Source: Anaeromyxobacteraceae bacterium (GTDB lineage: Bacteria > Myxococcota > Myxococcia > Myxococcales > Anaeromyxobacteraceae). From it: 64,000 nucleotides of DNA. The position numbers and the translations under genes are program-made. The stretch lies in NCBI GenBank assembly GCA_047602405.1, contig JASGHJ010000002.1, positions 3,392,001 through 3,456,000 of the forward strand, given 5' to 3'. Shown here one piece after another: positions 1 through 9,814 of the stretch (positions are counted from its first letter, which is position 1; every line of letters starts with the position of its first letter). Under the pieces are notes generated by a model. The model did no database searches. It saw nothing but the letters and a program-made list of their open reading frames with translations, and had not been told where the DNA came from.

Positions 1-631
1 CGAGCGGCTCCTCGCGTTCCTGCCGGAGGCCCCCGACCCGAAGGCGGAGGACGCGAAGGCGACCGTGCGCGCGGCGGCCGAGTACGTGAAGGCTCGCCGC
101 GCGGGCGCCCCCGGCCTCGAGGGGCCGCGGCGCCGGCCCTCGACGCACCTGAGGCGCCTCAAGCTCGACCGCTCGACGGCGGTGGTGCAGGGCGGCGCCG
201 GGGTCGCGGCGCGCGACGTGCTCGACGCCCTCGCGGTGCGGCCAGACGCGGGCCGCCTCGCCGCGGACGGCGTGCGCCGGGCCCTCGTCGTCGCGCTCGC
301 GCGCTCGGCGGGGCTCGAGCCAGGGCCCGGCGAGGCCGACGCGGCGCTCGACGCGTGGCTCGGGGGGCTGGGCCTGAGGCCCGGGGCGCGTGAGGCGTTC
401 CTCGCGACGTCCGCGCTCGACGCCGCCGACGTGCGGCGGCTCGCCGAGGACCTCGCGCTCGAGGCGGCGGTGCTCGCGGACGCCGCGCGGTTCACGCCGG
501 ACGGGCCGGGCTGGCGCGAGGGGCTCGCGCTCGCGGCGCGCCTGTCGGGCGCCTTCGCGGAGACCGCCGCGCGGCTCGGGAAGGCGCCGCGCGCGCCCGC
601 CGGGAAGCGGGCCCGCGGGCGGCGCCGTTAG
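1..631 (+). CDS. TfuA-like protein, C-terminal part (5' end lies outside the window)
   Basis: The frame is open from the window edge and reads ERLLAFLPEAPDPKAEDAKATVRAA; the D-x-K-x-x-D-A motif resembles the end of the TfuA core. An Ala/Leu-rich helical tail follows. Recognised by eye. Confidence 0.5.
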   Translation, partial: ERLLAFLPEAPDPKAEDAKATVRAAAEYVKARRAGAPGLEGPRRRPSTHLRRLKLDRSTAVVQGGAGVAARDVLDALAVRPDAGRLAADGVRRALVVALARSAGLEPGPGEADAALDAWLGGLGLRPGAREAFLATSALDAADVRRLAEDLALEAAVLADAARFTPDGPGWREGLALAARLSGAFAETAARLGKAPRAPAGKRARGRRR

Positions 632-1999
632 GAGACGGCCCGCACGATGCGCGGCTGGAGGGCCGGCGGGGTGCCGCCGCCCTTCCGCGCGAGGGTGCGC
701 AGGTAGCTGCGCGGGTGGCGCGCGAAGGAGGTGAGCTCGAGGAGCCGCTCCAGGGCGACCGGCGACGGGTCGTCCGGGGTGCGGGACGGGTCGGTGACGG
801 CCTCGCCCTGCGCCTCGATCCAGGCGTTCCAGCGGCGGCGCTCCTCGCGCGTCATGCCGCCGCTCAGGCGCTGCCCCCGACATCAGGATCTTCACCGACA
901 TGCGGTGGATGTAGACGCGATCGGAGTGCGGCTTCGTGGCGGCCACCTGCGCGACCCGGCGCAGCTCGTCGACCTGGCCGGTCGCGCCGAGGTACGCCAT
1001 CCACGGCAGCGGCAGCCCGCGCTCCACCTCGTAGGCGATGTGGTTGTAGACGCGCGGGTTGAAGTCGATGAAGAGCTTGCGGCCCTCGCTCTCGGCGAAC
1101 TCGGCGTCGAACATGCCGTGGAAGCCGGTCGAGAGGCAGAGCTTGCGCAGGCCCTCGTGGATCTCCGCCGGCACGGGCGCGCCGGTGAAGATGATGCCGG
1201 GCCCGTTGCCGCGCGGGCGCTGCAGGATCTTCACGCAGCCCATGGTGACGAAGATCTCGCCGGTCGGGTCGCAGAACCCGTCGACGGTGTAGATGCGCTC
1301 GGTGGCCCCCGCGTACGACTGGATCATCGGGAACTCGAGGCCCTCGACGACCCCGCGCGCCTCGGGCGAGACGACCGCGGTCGCCATCCAGTGCCGCCAC
1401 CGCCGGCGGAGGTCGTCGGCGTCGGGCACCCGCGCGCCCTTCTTCTCGTCCACCTGGATGAACTGGCTGCGCCCCTTCATGAAGACCGGGAAGCGGAGCG
1501 CCGGGATGAGCTGCTCGAGCTCGGCCTCGCTCCGCGGGCAGAAGGTGTCGGGCATGTCGAGCCCGGCCGGCTTCGCGTGCGTCGCCATCCCGTACTTGTC
1601 GAGGATCCGCGCGAGGGCGGCGAGCGGCGGCGAGTAGAGGGCGAAGTGCTGCGAGAGCTCGTCGCGGCGGCTGGAGGCCACCCAGGCGGCGTCGTCGCTC
1701 GTCGGGTAGTAGACGTGGCCCGGCTCGCGCGCGCCGAACGCGGCGAGCCAGTCACCGAAGCGCGACTGCTCGCGGGTGGGCGGGCAGGCGACGTTGCGCG
1801 CGACCGCCCGCGACCAGCGCGCCGGCGCGAAGCGGGTGTCGCTCGCGAGCACGACCGGCACGCCTCGCCCCGCCACGTCGCGGGCCGAGGCCAGCGTGCC
1901 GTACCAGCTCGCGTCCGTCAGGAGGAACGGACGGGCCGTCTGGGCCTGCGGGGAGGACGACTGGGCGAGGTCGAGGACGGCGCCCGAGACGATCGGCAT
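628..1999 (-). CDS. ATP-grasp carboxylate-amine ligase (D-aspartate-ligase-like), about 456 aa, with a +1 frameshift at 874-878; absent from the ORF track
   Basis: Manual translation from ATG 1999: MPIVSGAVLD...YGTLASARDVAGRGVPV...YPTSDD...LDKYGM...FPVFMKGR...MIQSY...GFHGMFDAEF...FIDFNPR. Removing one G from a G5 run joins it to the 628..855 ORF (SGQRLSGGMTREERRRW). Confidence 0.8.
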
Positions 2000-2092
2000 G
2001 ATGCAAGGAGGTAACACGACCGACGCCGGACAAGACGTCGCGCCCCCTCGGGACAGCGCACCGCACGGTGAGTGCGTGTGGGATACCGTCGT

Positions 2093-3826
2093 TCAGGGAC
2101 GGCGCACCGCGGGATTCGCCTTGAAACGCCGCGTGACCCCCTTCAGGCGCGACAGACCGCCACGCCCGAAGACCCCACGCACGAGCCCCTTCGCCACGCC
2201 CTTCGCGCGGTTCTTCCAGACCTCGGCGGGATCCCCGAGCACGACCTCGACGAGGTTCACGCCCTCCGCCGCGAGCGCGGTGCGGAGCCCCTCGGTGACG
2301 TCCTCCCCGACGCGCAGGTAGCCCGCGCCCATGCCGAGGGCCATCGCCTCGAAGTCCGGGTTGAGGAGGTTCACGGCGACCTCCTTCCCGTAGGTGGCGA
2401 GCTGCTGCATCCGGATGCGGTTGAGCTGGCGGTCGGCGAGCACGATCACGGTGAGGCGCAGCCGCTCGCGGACCGCGGTGAGCAGCTCGAGGCCGGTCAT
2501 CGCGAACCCGCCGTCCCCGATGACCGCCACGACCGGCCGGTCCGGGGCGGCGAGGCACGCGCCGATGGCGGCCGGCAGGCCGAACGCCATCGACTGGAAG
2601 TCGCTCGGCACGATGAGCCCGCGGGGCGAGAGCACCGGCGTGTGGCGCCGGAGCATGGTCTGGTGGAGGCCGGAGTCGGCGACGAGGATCGCCTCGCGCG
2701 GGAGCACCGCCCGGAGCGCGCCGAAGAACCGGGCGGCGGTCGAGGGCTCGCACTCGGTGAACCTCGGCTCCTCCGGGAACGCGCCCGGGCCGGCGAGCCG
2801 GGCCCGGAGCGCGGCGACCTCGGCCTCGGAGAAGCCCGGCGCGGGCGCCGGCGGCAAGGCGGCGAGGAGCGCGGGCAGCGCGTCCTCGGCGCGGGCGGCG
2901 AGCGCGTGGCGGGCCGGATAGTTCGCGGCGAGCACCTCGGCGGAGGCGTCGATGCGCGCGAGGCGCTCCTCCGGGAGCTTCAGCCGGAACATGCTCGTCC
3001 CGGCCTCGCAGAGCTTCGCGCCCACGACGAGCACGCAGCCCGCGCCGGCGAGGAGCGCGTTCACCGCGTCCATGCCGCCGCGGACCGGCTCGAAGCCGAG
3101 GGCGAGCGGGTGGTCCTCGGGGAGGACGCCGCGGCCGGAGGTGGAGGTGAGGACGGGCGCGTCGAGCCGCTCGGCGAGGCGCGCGAGGTCGGCGGCGGCG
3201 CCCGCGGCGCCCTGCCCGGCGTAGATGACGGTGCGGCCGGCCGCGGCGAGCGCGGCGATGGCCGCGACGGCGGCGGGATCGGGCGGCGCGGCCGGCGCGG
3301 GCGCCGGGGCGGGGGCGCTCCCCGCCGCGCCCTCGAGCGCCTCCTCCGTCCACGACAGCACCACCGGCCCCGGCTCGCCGCCCGCGGCGAGGTCGAAGGC
3401 CCGCGCGGTCGCGGCGGCCACGTCCCCGGCACGCGTGGCCTCGACGACGCCCTTCACGATGGGCGCGGCCATCGCGCGCTGGTCGACCGACTGGAACCGG
3501 TGCGGCCGCGTGGCCGGCGGCGGCGAGCCCACGAGGTGGAGGTAGCCGGCGGAGTCGTGCGCGGCCTCGGCCACGCCGGTGAGCGCGAACGTGAACCCGG
3601 GGCCCGGGATGGTGGCCACCGGCGCGATGCGGCCGCTCGCGCGGTGGTAGCCGTTCGCCATGAACGCGGCGGCGAGCTCGGTGGTGGTCAGGACCGGCGT
3701 GAGGCCGCTCGTGCGGACCGCCTCCCACAGCGCGAGGTTCTGCGTGCCCGGGATGCCGAGCACGTGGGTCACGCCGCGCGCACGCAGGACCTCGCAGAGC
3801 CGTTCCGCGCCGTTCGAGTCGCTCAT
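2093..3826 (-). CDS. Thiamine pyrophosphate-binding enzyme (acetolactate synthase large-subunit-like)
   Basis: N-terminal GIPGTQNL, ELAAAFMANGY and PGPGFT motifs; C-terminal TPP motif GDGGFAMTGLEL. Confidence 0.85.
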   Translation of the reverse strand: MSDSNGAERLCEVLRARGVTHVLGIPGTQNLALWEAVRTSGLTPVLTTTELAAAFMANGYHRASGRIAPVATIPGPGFTFALTGVAEAAHDSAGYLHLVGSPPPATRPHRFQSVDQRAMAAPIVKGVVEATRAGDVAAATARAFDLAAGGEPGPVVLSWTEEALEGAAGSAPAPAPAPAAPPDPAAVAAIAALAAAGRTVIYAGQGAAGAAADLARLAERLDAPVLTSTSGRGVLPEDHPLALGFEPVRGGMDAVNALLAGAGCVLVVGAKLCEAGTSMFRLKLPEERLARIDASAEVLAANYPARHALAARAEDALPALLAALPPAPAPGFSEAEVAALRARLAGPGAFPEEPRFTECEPSTAARFFGALRAVLPREAILVADSGLHQTMLRRHTPVLSPRGLIVPSDFQSMAFGLPAAIGACLAAPDRPVVAVIGDGGFAMTGLELLTAVRERLRLTVIVLADRQLNRIRMQQLATYGKEVAVNLLNPDFEAMALGMGAGYLRVGEDVTEGLRTALAAEGVNLVEVVLGDPAEVWKNRAKGVAKGLVRGVFGRGGLSRLKGVTRRFKANPAVRRP

Positions 3827-3877
3827 GACCGACCCCTATAGCACCCGCGGCGGAGCCACGGGGCGTCCGGCCGGGGA

Positions 3878-4804
3878 TCAGGCTGTCGGGCTTCCGTGGG
3901 GCGGCGGCGTCTTCCACCGCTGGTGCATCCACACCCACTCGGTGGGGTGCCGGCGGATCGCGGCCTCCTGCACGGCCGCGCACGCGGCGGTCAGGCGCAG
4001 CACCTCGGCCTCGTGATCGGGAGCGTCGGCGTCGTACGGCACCTCCACGACCTCGAGCCGGTGCCCGCCCTCCGGCCGGCGGTGGCAGGTGAGCACGAGC
4101 ACGGCCGCGCCGAAGCGGAGCGCGAACTCGGCGGCGCCGCGCGGCGTGGCCGCGGGCCGGCCGAAGAACGGCACCCACACGTTCTGCACGCCGCCGATGT
4201 CCTGGTCGATGAGGAGCCCGAGCGTGCCCCCCTCCCGGAAGAGCCGCAGGATCTTCCGGCCGGTGTCGCGGTCGTCGCGCCAGAAGGTCTGCACGCCGGT
4301 GCGCGCGCGCGCCGCCTCGGCCCACGCGTCGAGGCGCGGGTGCCAGGAGCGCTTCGCGATGGCGGCGTTCGGCTGGACCTCGGGCGAGAGCCGGCAGGTG
4401 AGCTCCCAGTTCCCGATGTGGCCGAAGACGAGCACGATGCCCTTCCCTCGCGCCCGCGCGGCGCGCACGGCCTCGAGCGTCTCCGGCGCGATGGCCACGT
4501 AGCCGTCCAGGCGATCGAGCCACCGCGGCAGCGTCACGACCTCGGCCATGGTCCGGCCGAGGTTCACGAGGCTCGCGCGGGCGAGGGCGTCGCGCTCGGC
4601 CGCGGTGCGCTCCGGGAACGCGACGGCGAGGCTCGCGCGCATGTCGCGGCGGACGCCGGGCGAGGCCCACCACGCCGCGCGGCCCAGGGCGGCGCCGACC
4701 GCGAGGGCCACGGAGAGCGGGATCCGGGCGAGGATCCCGGCGAAGGCGACGATGACGGCGGCGCGGGCGGCCCGGCGCGCGCGCTTCCAGGGGGAGGCGG
4801 CCAC
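3878..4804 (-). CDS. Lipid A lauroyl/lysophospholipid acyltransferase (LpxL/HtrB family)
   Basis: [20 protein letters not shown] and [10 protein letters not shown] motifs. The start is uncertain (4804 or 4849). Confidence 0.9.
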   Translation of the reverse strand: MAASPWKRARRAARAAVIVAFAGILARIPLSVALAVGAALGRAAWWASPGVRRDMRASLAVAFPERTAAERDALARASLVNLGRTMAEVVTLPRWLDRLDGYVAIAPETLEAVRAARARGKGIVLVFGHIGNWELTCRLSPEVQPNAAIAKRSWHPRLDAWAEAARARTGVQTFWRDDRDTGRKILRLFREGGTLGLLIDQDIGGVQNVWVPFFGRPAATPRGAAEFALRFGAAVLVLTCHRRPEGGHRLEVVEVPYDADAPDHEAEVLRLTAACAAVQEAAIRRHPTEWVWMHQRWKTPPPHGSPTA

Positions 4805-4953
4805 GGAGGTGCAGCCTACCTCGACACCCGGGCTTTGACTCCGATTCACGCACCGGCTATAGGTGCGCCTCCCCAGCCCACTTCAGGGCTGGCGAGGGGA
4901 CGCGGCGCCACTGCGGCGCGCCCCCGATCACCGCAAGAAACGAGTACATCAGC

Positions 4954-5157
4954 ATGGCGACCGGTTCCGTGAAGTGGTTCAACGACGCGAAGGGCTTCGG
5001 CTTCATCACGCAGGACGGCGGTGGCGAGGACGTGTTCTGCCACCACACGGCCATCCAGGCGCAGGGCTTCCGCACCCTCGCCGAGGGCCAGAAGGTCGAG
5101 TTCGAGGTGGTCCGCGGCCCGAAGGGCCTGCAGGCTGCCAACGTCCGCCCGGTCTGA
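4954..5157 (+). CDS. cspA: Cold-shock protein
   Basis: 67 aa; [12 protein letters not shown] (RNP1), DVFCHH (RNP2) and [10 protein letters not shown]. Confidence 0.97.
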   Translation: MATGSVKWFNDAKGFGFITQDGGGEDVFCHHTAIQAQGFRTLAEGQKVEFEVVRGPKGLQAANVRPV

Positions 5158-5206
5158 ACCACGGACCGCGAGCCGCCCGGCGCGAGCCGGCGCGGTCAGC
5201 ACCCGG

Positions 5207-5240
5207 AGCCCGGCCGATCGGCCGGGCTTCGTTCGTTCAG
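5207..5240 (+). terminator. Probable intrinsic terminator after cspA
   Basis: Perfect palindrome AGCCCGGCCGATCGGCCGGGCT followed by TCGTTCGTT. Confidence 0.5.
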
Positions 5241-5254
5241 GGCTCCGGCGTCCG

Positions 5255-5292
5255 CCCGACGGGCGCCCTTCGGCAGGCTCAGGGCGGACGGA
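5255..5292 (+). repeat. REP-like element, copy 1
   Basis: CCCTTCGGCAGGCTCAGGGCGGACGG is nearly identical to 28026-28053 and shares its ends with 16903-16952 (-) and 57322-57383. Confidence 0.6.
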
Positions 5293-5326
5293 CAACCACG
5301 CAGGGCCGGGTTAGAACGGAAGCCCG

Positions 5327-6733
5327 ATGCCCGCGAGCGCCCTCGAGCTCTTCAAGATCGGGATCGGCCCCTCGTCCTCCCACACCGTCGGGCCGATGAA
5401 GGCCGCCCGCGGGTTCGCTCTCGCGCTCGAGGCCGCCGGCCTGCTCGACCGCGTCGCGGGCGTCCGGGCGGAGCTCCACGGCTCGCTCGGCGCCACGGGG
5501 CGCGGGCACGGCACCGACCGCGCGGTGATCCTCGGCCTCCTCGGCGAGACCCCCGAGGACGTCGACGTCGACGCCGTCCCCCGCCTCCTCGCCCGAGTCC
5601 GCGAGTCGCAAAGCCTGCCGCTCCTCGGCCGGCACGCCGTTCCGTTCGTGGCGGCCGAGCACCTCCAGTTCCTGCGCACCGCGCTCCCCTTCCACCCGAA
5701 CGGGATGCGCTTCGTGGCGCTCGACGCCGCCGGCACGGAGCTCGCCGCCCGCACCTCCTTCTCGGTGGGCGGCGGGTTCGTGGTCGCGGAGGGCGACCCG
5801 CGCGCCGGCGCCGCCGAGGCCCGCCCGGTCCCTTACCCCTTCGCGACCGGTGACGAGCTCCTCGTGCGCTGCCGCGCCGCCGGCCTCGGCCCCGCCGCGG
5901 TCGTGCTCGCGAACGAGGAGGCGCTCCGGCCCGGCGAGGACGTGCGGGCGAGCCTGCTCCGCATCTGGGCGGCGATGCAGGCGTGCGTCGACCGCGGCCT
6001 GAGGACCGAGGGCGTGCTGCCCGGCGGCCTCGCGGTGCCCAGGCGCGCGCCGGCGCTCCTGCGCTCGCTCACCGGGCGCGCGAGCGGGCTCATGGGCCCC
6101 GATCCGCTCGCGGCCATGGACTGGGTGAACCTCTGGGCGCTCGCCGTGAACGAGGAGAACGCCGCGGGCGGGCGCGTCGTGACCGCGCCGACGAACGGCG
6201 CCGCGGGCATCGTCCCGGCCGTGCTGCACTACTACCGGCGGCTCGTGCCGGACGCGGACGACGCGGGCGTGGTGCGGTTCCTCCTCACCGCCGCCGGCGT
6301 CGGCGGCCTCATCAAGGAGAACGCCTCCATCAGCGGCGCCGAGGTCGGCTGCCAGGGCGAGGTCGGCTCGGCGGCCTCGATGGCGGCCGCGGGCCTCGCC
6401 GAGGTGCTCGGCGGCACGCCCGAGCAGATCGAGAACGCCGCCGAGATCGCGATGGAGCACAGCCTCGGGCTCACCTGCGACCCGGTGGGCGGGCTCGTGC
6501 AGATCCCGTGCATCGAGCGGAACGCGATGGCCGCGGTCGGCGCCATCAACGCCGCGCGCATGGCGCTCCGCGGCGACGGCACGCACTTCGTCTCGCTCGA
6601 CCAGGTCGTGCGCACGATGCGCGAGACCGGCGCCGACATGAAGGCGAAGTACAAGGAGACCGCCCGGGGCGGCCTCGCCGTGAACGTGCTCGACGGGCCG
6701 CTGCGGATCGGGGTCAACCTCCCCGAGTGTTAG
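5327..6733 (+). CDS. sdaA: L-serine ammonia-lyase (Fe-S dependent, single chain)
   Basis: [38 protein letters not shown] and [16 protein letters not shown]. Confidence 0.96.
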   Translation: MPASALELFKIGIGPSSSHTVGPMKAARGFALALEAAGLLDRVAGVRAELHGSLGATGRGHGTDRAVILGLLGETPEDVDVDAVPRLLARVRESQSLPLLGRHAVPFVAAEHLQFLRTALPFHPNGMRFVALDAAGTELAARTSFSVGGGFVVAEGDPRAGAAEARPVPYPFATGDELLVRCRAAGLGPAAVVLANEEALRPGEDVRASLLRIWAAMQACVDRGLRTEGVLPGGLAVPRRAPALLRSLTGRASGLMGPDPLAAMDWVNLWALAVNEENAAGGRVVTAPTNGAAGIVPAVLHYYRRLVPDADDAGVVRFLLTAAGVGGLIKENASISGAEVGCQGEVGSAASMAAAGLAEVLGGTPEQIENAAEIAMEHSLGLTCDPVGGLVQIPCIERNAMAAVGAINAARMALRGDGTHFVSLDQVVRTMRETGADMKAKYKETARGGLAVNVLDGPLRIGVNLPEC

Positions 6734-6743
6734 CCGTGTATCT

Positions 6744-6856
6744 GGGGGGCCGTAGGCCCCCCTCCCGTGAGCAGAGCTCACGGGGCCCCTCCCCTGGATC
6801 AGCTCCGCCTGGCCGCAGCCTTCGGCTGCGGCGTAGGCTTCGCTGGGAAGCCGCTC
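6744..6856. repeat. Multi-hairpin palindromic intergenic element between convergent genes
   Basis: Three perfect stems with 3-nt loops: GGGGGGCC-GTA-GGCCCCCC (6744-6762), CCCGTGAGC-AGA-GCTCACGGG (6764-6784) and GCCGCAGCC-TTC-GGCTGCGGC (6812-6832). Confidence 0.7.
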
Positions 6857-7310
6857 AACTGTCCTTGAGCTGCGACGGCGTCAGCCACCGCGCCTGCGCA
6901 AAGCCGCCGACCCACTGCGCCTCGGTCGGCTCGACCTTCCAGAGGCGGAAGTCGAGCTCGAGGAGCTGCGCGGCGGCCGGGTGGCGGGCGAGGTAGCGGT
7001 CCTTCGCGACCGCCGCCTCCGCCGCGGGCAGGCGGCGGGCCCGGCCGTAGATCGCGAGCCGGGGCGTGGCGCGGACGTCCTCGCCCGGCGCGTCGGCGAC
7101 GAAGAAGCAGACCCGGTCGTCGGCGTCGAGGTTCCGCGTGTGCTCGGCGATGTCGGAGAGGAGCACGAGCGGCGAGCCGTCCGTGTCGAGCGCGTAGGGC
7201 ACGAACGAGGCGGCCGGCCAGCCTTCGTGGCGGCGAGAGAGCGAGGTCAGGGTGGCGGCGGGCGCGTGCGCGAGGAGCGCCGCGGGCCCGCCCGGGGTCG
7301 GAGTGGCCAT
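6855..7310 (-). CDS. Pyridoxamine 5'-phosphate oxidase-like / HugZ-family split-barrel protein
   Basis: GWPAASFVPY, LLSDIAEHTRNL, YLARHP, DFRLW and WVGGFAQA. Confidence 0.85.
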   Translation of the reverse strand: MATPTPGGPAALLAHAPAATLTSLSRRHEGWPAASFVPYALDTDGSPLVLLSDIAEHTRNLDADDRVCFFVADAPGEDVRATPRLAIYGRARRLPAAEAAVAKDRYLARHPAAAQLLELDFRLWKVEPTEAQWVGGFAQARWLTPSQLKDS

Positions 7311-7411
7311 GTCCCGATCATCGCGCGGGCCGGGCCGCGGTGCGCGGAAATCGGGGGGCCCCGCCGGCGGGGGTCGGGACGCGCCCGGGGCATCCGGTTA
7401 GAGACCCGACC

Positions 7412-8032
7412 GTGCTCCGGAACAAGCTCGCCTCCCTGCTCGGCCTCGCGCCGGTCGGCGTCTGGACGGTCTGGCACCTGTGGAACAACCTGCAGGCCTG
7501 GCGCGGCGGCGAGGCCTGGCAGGCGGCGGTGACCGCGCACCCGAGCCCCGCGCTGCAATTCGCAACCTACGCCATGGTGCTCGTCCCGCTCGCCATCCAC
7601 GCGCTCTGGGGCGCCTGGCGCGTGCCGTCCACGCGGCTCGCCGCCGCCACGGGCGCGTTCGCGAACGTCCGGCACGTCCTCCACCGGCTCGCCGGCCTGG
7701 GCGTGCTCGCGTTCCTCGGCGCGCACCTGTGGCTCGCGCTCCTGCGCCCGCGGCTCGTCGCGGGCGGCCCGGAGCGGTTCGAGGACATCGCCCGGGAGAT
7801 GCGCTTCCACGGGCCGACGCTCGTCGTCTACGTGCTCGGCGTGCTCGGCACGGCGTACCACCTCGCGAACGGCGTGCAGGCGGTCGCGGTGGCGTGGCTG
7901 CCGGCGCGCTTCAGCGGCGGCGGCACGATGAACCGCCTCTCGCCGCTCGCCGCGGCGGTCTTCGCGGCGGCGCTCCTCCTCGGCTGGGGCGCCGTCGCCG
8001 CGCTGTGGCACGCGGGCGGACTGGCGGGCTGA
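7412..8032 (+). CDS. Succinate dehydrogenase cytochrome b558 subunit-like membrane protein (no sdhAB adjacent)
   Basis: KLASLLGLAPVG..WHLWNN, IHALWG, LHRLAG..FLGAHLW and YHLANG: heme-ligand His residues in about 5 TM helices. Confidence 0.7.
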   Translation: MLRNKLASLLGLAPVGVWTVWHLWNNLQAWRGGEAWQAAVTAHPSPALQFATYAMVLVPLAIHALWGAWRVPSTRLAAATGAFANVRHVLHRLAGLGVLAFLGAHLWLALLRPRLVAGGPERFEDIAREMRFHGPTLVVYVLGVLGTAYHLANGVQAVAVAWLPARFSGGGTMNRLSPLAAAVFAAALLLGWGAVAALWHAGGLAG

Positions 8033-8057
8033 GCCGGGGCCGGGCCAAGATGGCGGC

Positions 8058-8813
8058 ATGACGACCGCCTCCTGGAAGACGGCCCTCCTCACCCCGGTGC
8101 AGGTGGTGCTCACGCTCCTGCTCTTCGCGGAGGTGATCCTGGTGTGCGGCGTCGCGCTCGCGCCGGGGGTCGCGCTCCTCGGGTGGGCGGCCGACCGGCT
8201 CCCGGCGGAGGGGCTCCCCCGCGCGGTGGGGCTCGGGGTGGCCGGCGCCGCCGGCTACTTCGCCTTCGGGCTGTCGCTCCTCTTTCTCCTGCCGGTGGTG
8301 CGCTGGCTCACCTTCGCGACCGGCACGCCGGTCGGGCGCTTCCCGTTCCTGTCGATGGGGGCGTGGCGGTGGGCGAGCTACAACGCGCTCACGCTCGTGT
8401 TCCGGTTCGCCTTCGTCAACTGGGTGCGGGTGACGCCGTTCCTGCCGCTCTACCACCGGCTCATGGGCGCGAGGATCGGCAAGCGCGTGCAGATCAACAC
8501 CGCGGTCATGGCCGACCAGAACCTCGTCGAGATCGGCGACGACTCGGTCATCGGCGGGGACGTCACGCTCGTCTGCCACGCCGCGGAGCGCGGGAAGCTC
8601 GTCACCGCGCCGGTGAAGATCGGCAGGAACGTCACCGTGGGGCTCATGGCGGTGATCTTCCCGGGCTGCACCATCGGCGACGGCGCGGTGATCGCCGCGG
8701 GGGCGGTGCTGTCGAAGGGCGCCAAGGTCGGCGCGGGCGAGGTCTGGGCCGGCGTGCCGGCGCGGCGGGTGGGCGGGAAGAGGAAGGCTCCCACTCACGA
8801 CGAGCCGGCGTAG
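8058..8813 (+). CDS. Membrane-anchored hexapeptide-repeat (left-handed beta-helix) acyltransferase
   Basis: Two N-terminal TM segments, then GARIGKRV, IGDDSVIGG, VKIGRNVTVG and WAGVPAR. Confidence 0.85.
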   Translation: MTTASWKTALLTPVQVVLTLLLFAEVILVCGVALAPGVALLGWAADRLPAEGLPRAVGLGVAGAAGYFAFGLSLLFLLPVVRWLTFATGTPVGRFPFLSMGAWRWASYNALTLVFRFAFVNWVRVTPFLPLYHRLMGARIGKRVQINTAVMADQNLVEIGDDSVIGGDVTLVCHAAERGKLVTAPVKIGRNVTVGLMAVIFPGCTIGDGAVIAAGAVLSKGAKVGAGEVWAGVPARRVGGKRKAPTHDEPA

Positions 8814-8855
8814 GCGTCCGGAGTACGCTGACGCCACGCACATTTCCGTTCCCTA

Positions 8856-9808
8856 TGTTGCCCACCCAAACCGCATCTCGGCCGTCAGCAGGTACGACGC
8901 GGTACCTGCTCGACGGGCTGTCGGTGATCGCTCAGTACGACACGGCCGGCACACGGCAGGCTTGGTACACGCAGTCGCTCGCGCGGATCGACGAGGTGCT
9001 GAACGTCGTCAACGCGAGCGGGAAGTTCTGGTACCAGAGCGACGCCCTCGGCTCCGTCTACGCGCTCACCACCCAGGGCGGGGAGGTCCGAGCTCGCGGC
9101 GGCTACGACGTGTTCGGGGAGTCGGTTGCCCTCTCAGGCACGGCCGTAGGACAGCCGTTCGGGTTCACGGGGCGGGAGCACGAGGCAGACTCGGGGCTCG
9201 TGTATGCGAGGGCACGCTATGCCCGCCCCGCTTCCGGTCGCTGGCTGGCGCCGGATCCCCTCGGGTTTGTCGACGGACCCAATAGATACGCATACGTACA
9301 GGCCAATCCGACCATCTATACCGATCCTAGCGGGCAGGTCATATTCGTGGATTCAGTCCGCAAAGGCATTGGCATGTTCGCCGCTTCAGCGGAACAGGAA
9401 GCAGGCATCCGATTGATCGGAGTCGGGCTAGTGGACTTCAACCCGATGATCGTCGCGTACGGTCTCTCTCACCTGATGACCGGCATCTATGTCGAGGTTC
9501 TCAACGGGGGGTGTCCAGCGCTCACTCCTCAGGGACGAGGACTTTGGGTCGAGGAGCGGGTCTCCAACCTGTTCCGCAGTGCTGGGTACGTAGTCCAGCG
9601 AGGTCGACGCATCATGACCCCGTTCGGCGAGCGCGTCGTCGACCTTGTCGTGTTCCGTCCTGGAACCACCGTTCTCAAGTTCGAAGACGCGCTCTTCACG
9701 ATCGAGGTCAAGTTCGGCCGATTCGCGAAGTGGGACAAGATTCAACGAGTCAAGGATCTGTTCATCGAGAACGTAAGCAGTGTCATCCACTTTGTTGTCC
9801 AAGGGTGA
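8856..9808 (+). CDS. Orphan Rhs repeat-associated core plus C-terminal PD-(D/E)xK nuclease-like toxin (headless, possibly silent)
   Basis: DALGSV, YDVFG, FGFTGRE, YARARY, DPLG..DGPNRYAYVQANP..DPSG. The C-terminus reads EERV..ERVVDLVV..IEVKFG. The start is uncertain and there is no clear RBS. Confidence 0.8.
8887..8910 (+). repeat. 24-bp palindromic site A at the 5' breakpoint of Rhs cassette 1
   Basis: AGCAGGTAC-GACGCG-GTACCTGCT; an identical copy in inverted orientation lies at 12350-12373. Confidence 0.85.
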
Positions 9809-9814
9809 GCTGCT

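Noticed and set aside
628..855. 75-aa stand-alone ORF as a possible RiPP precursor next to the TfuA-like gene
   Set aside because: It is the frameshifted C-terminus of the ATP-grasp protein.
1752..4853. Many long Arg/Pro/Ala-rich alternative-frame and antisense ORFs (e.g. 1752-4853, 29724-34466, 32386-36111, 44348-48052)
   Set aside because: They are shadow ORFs caused by very high GC and scarce stop codons; each overlaps a gene with recognisable motifs.
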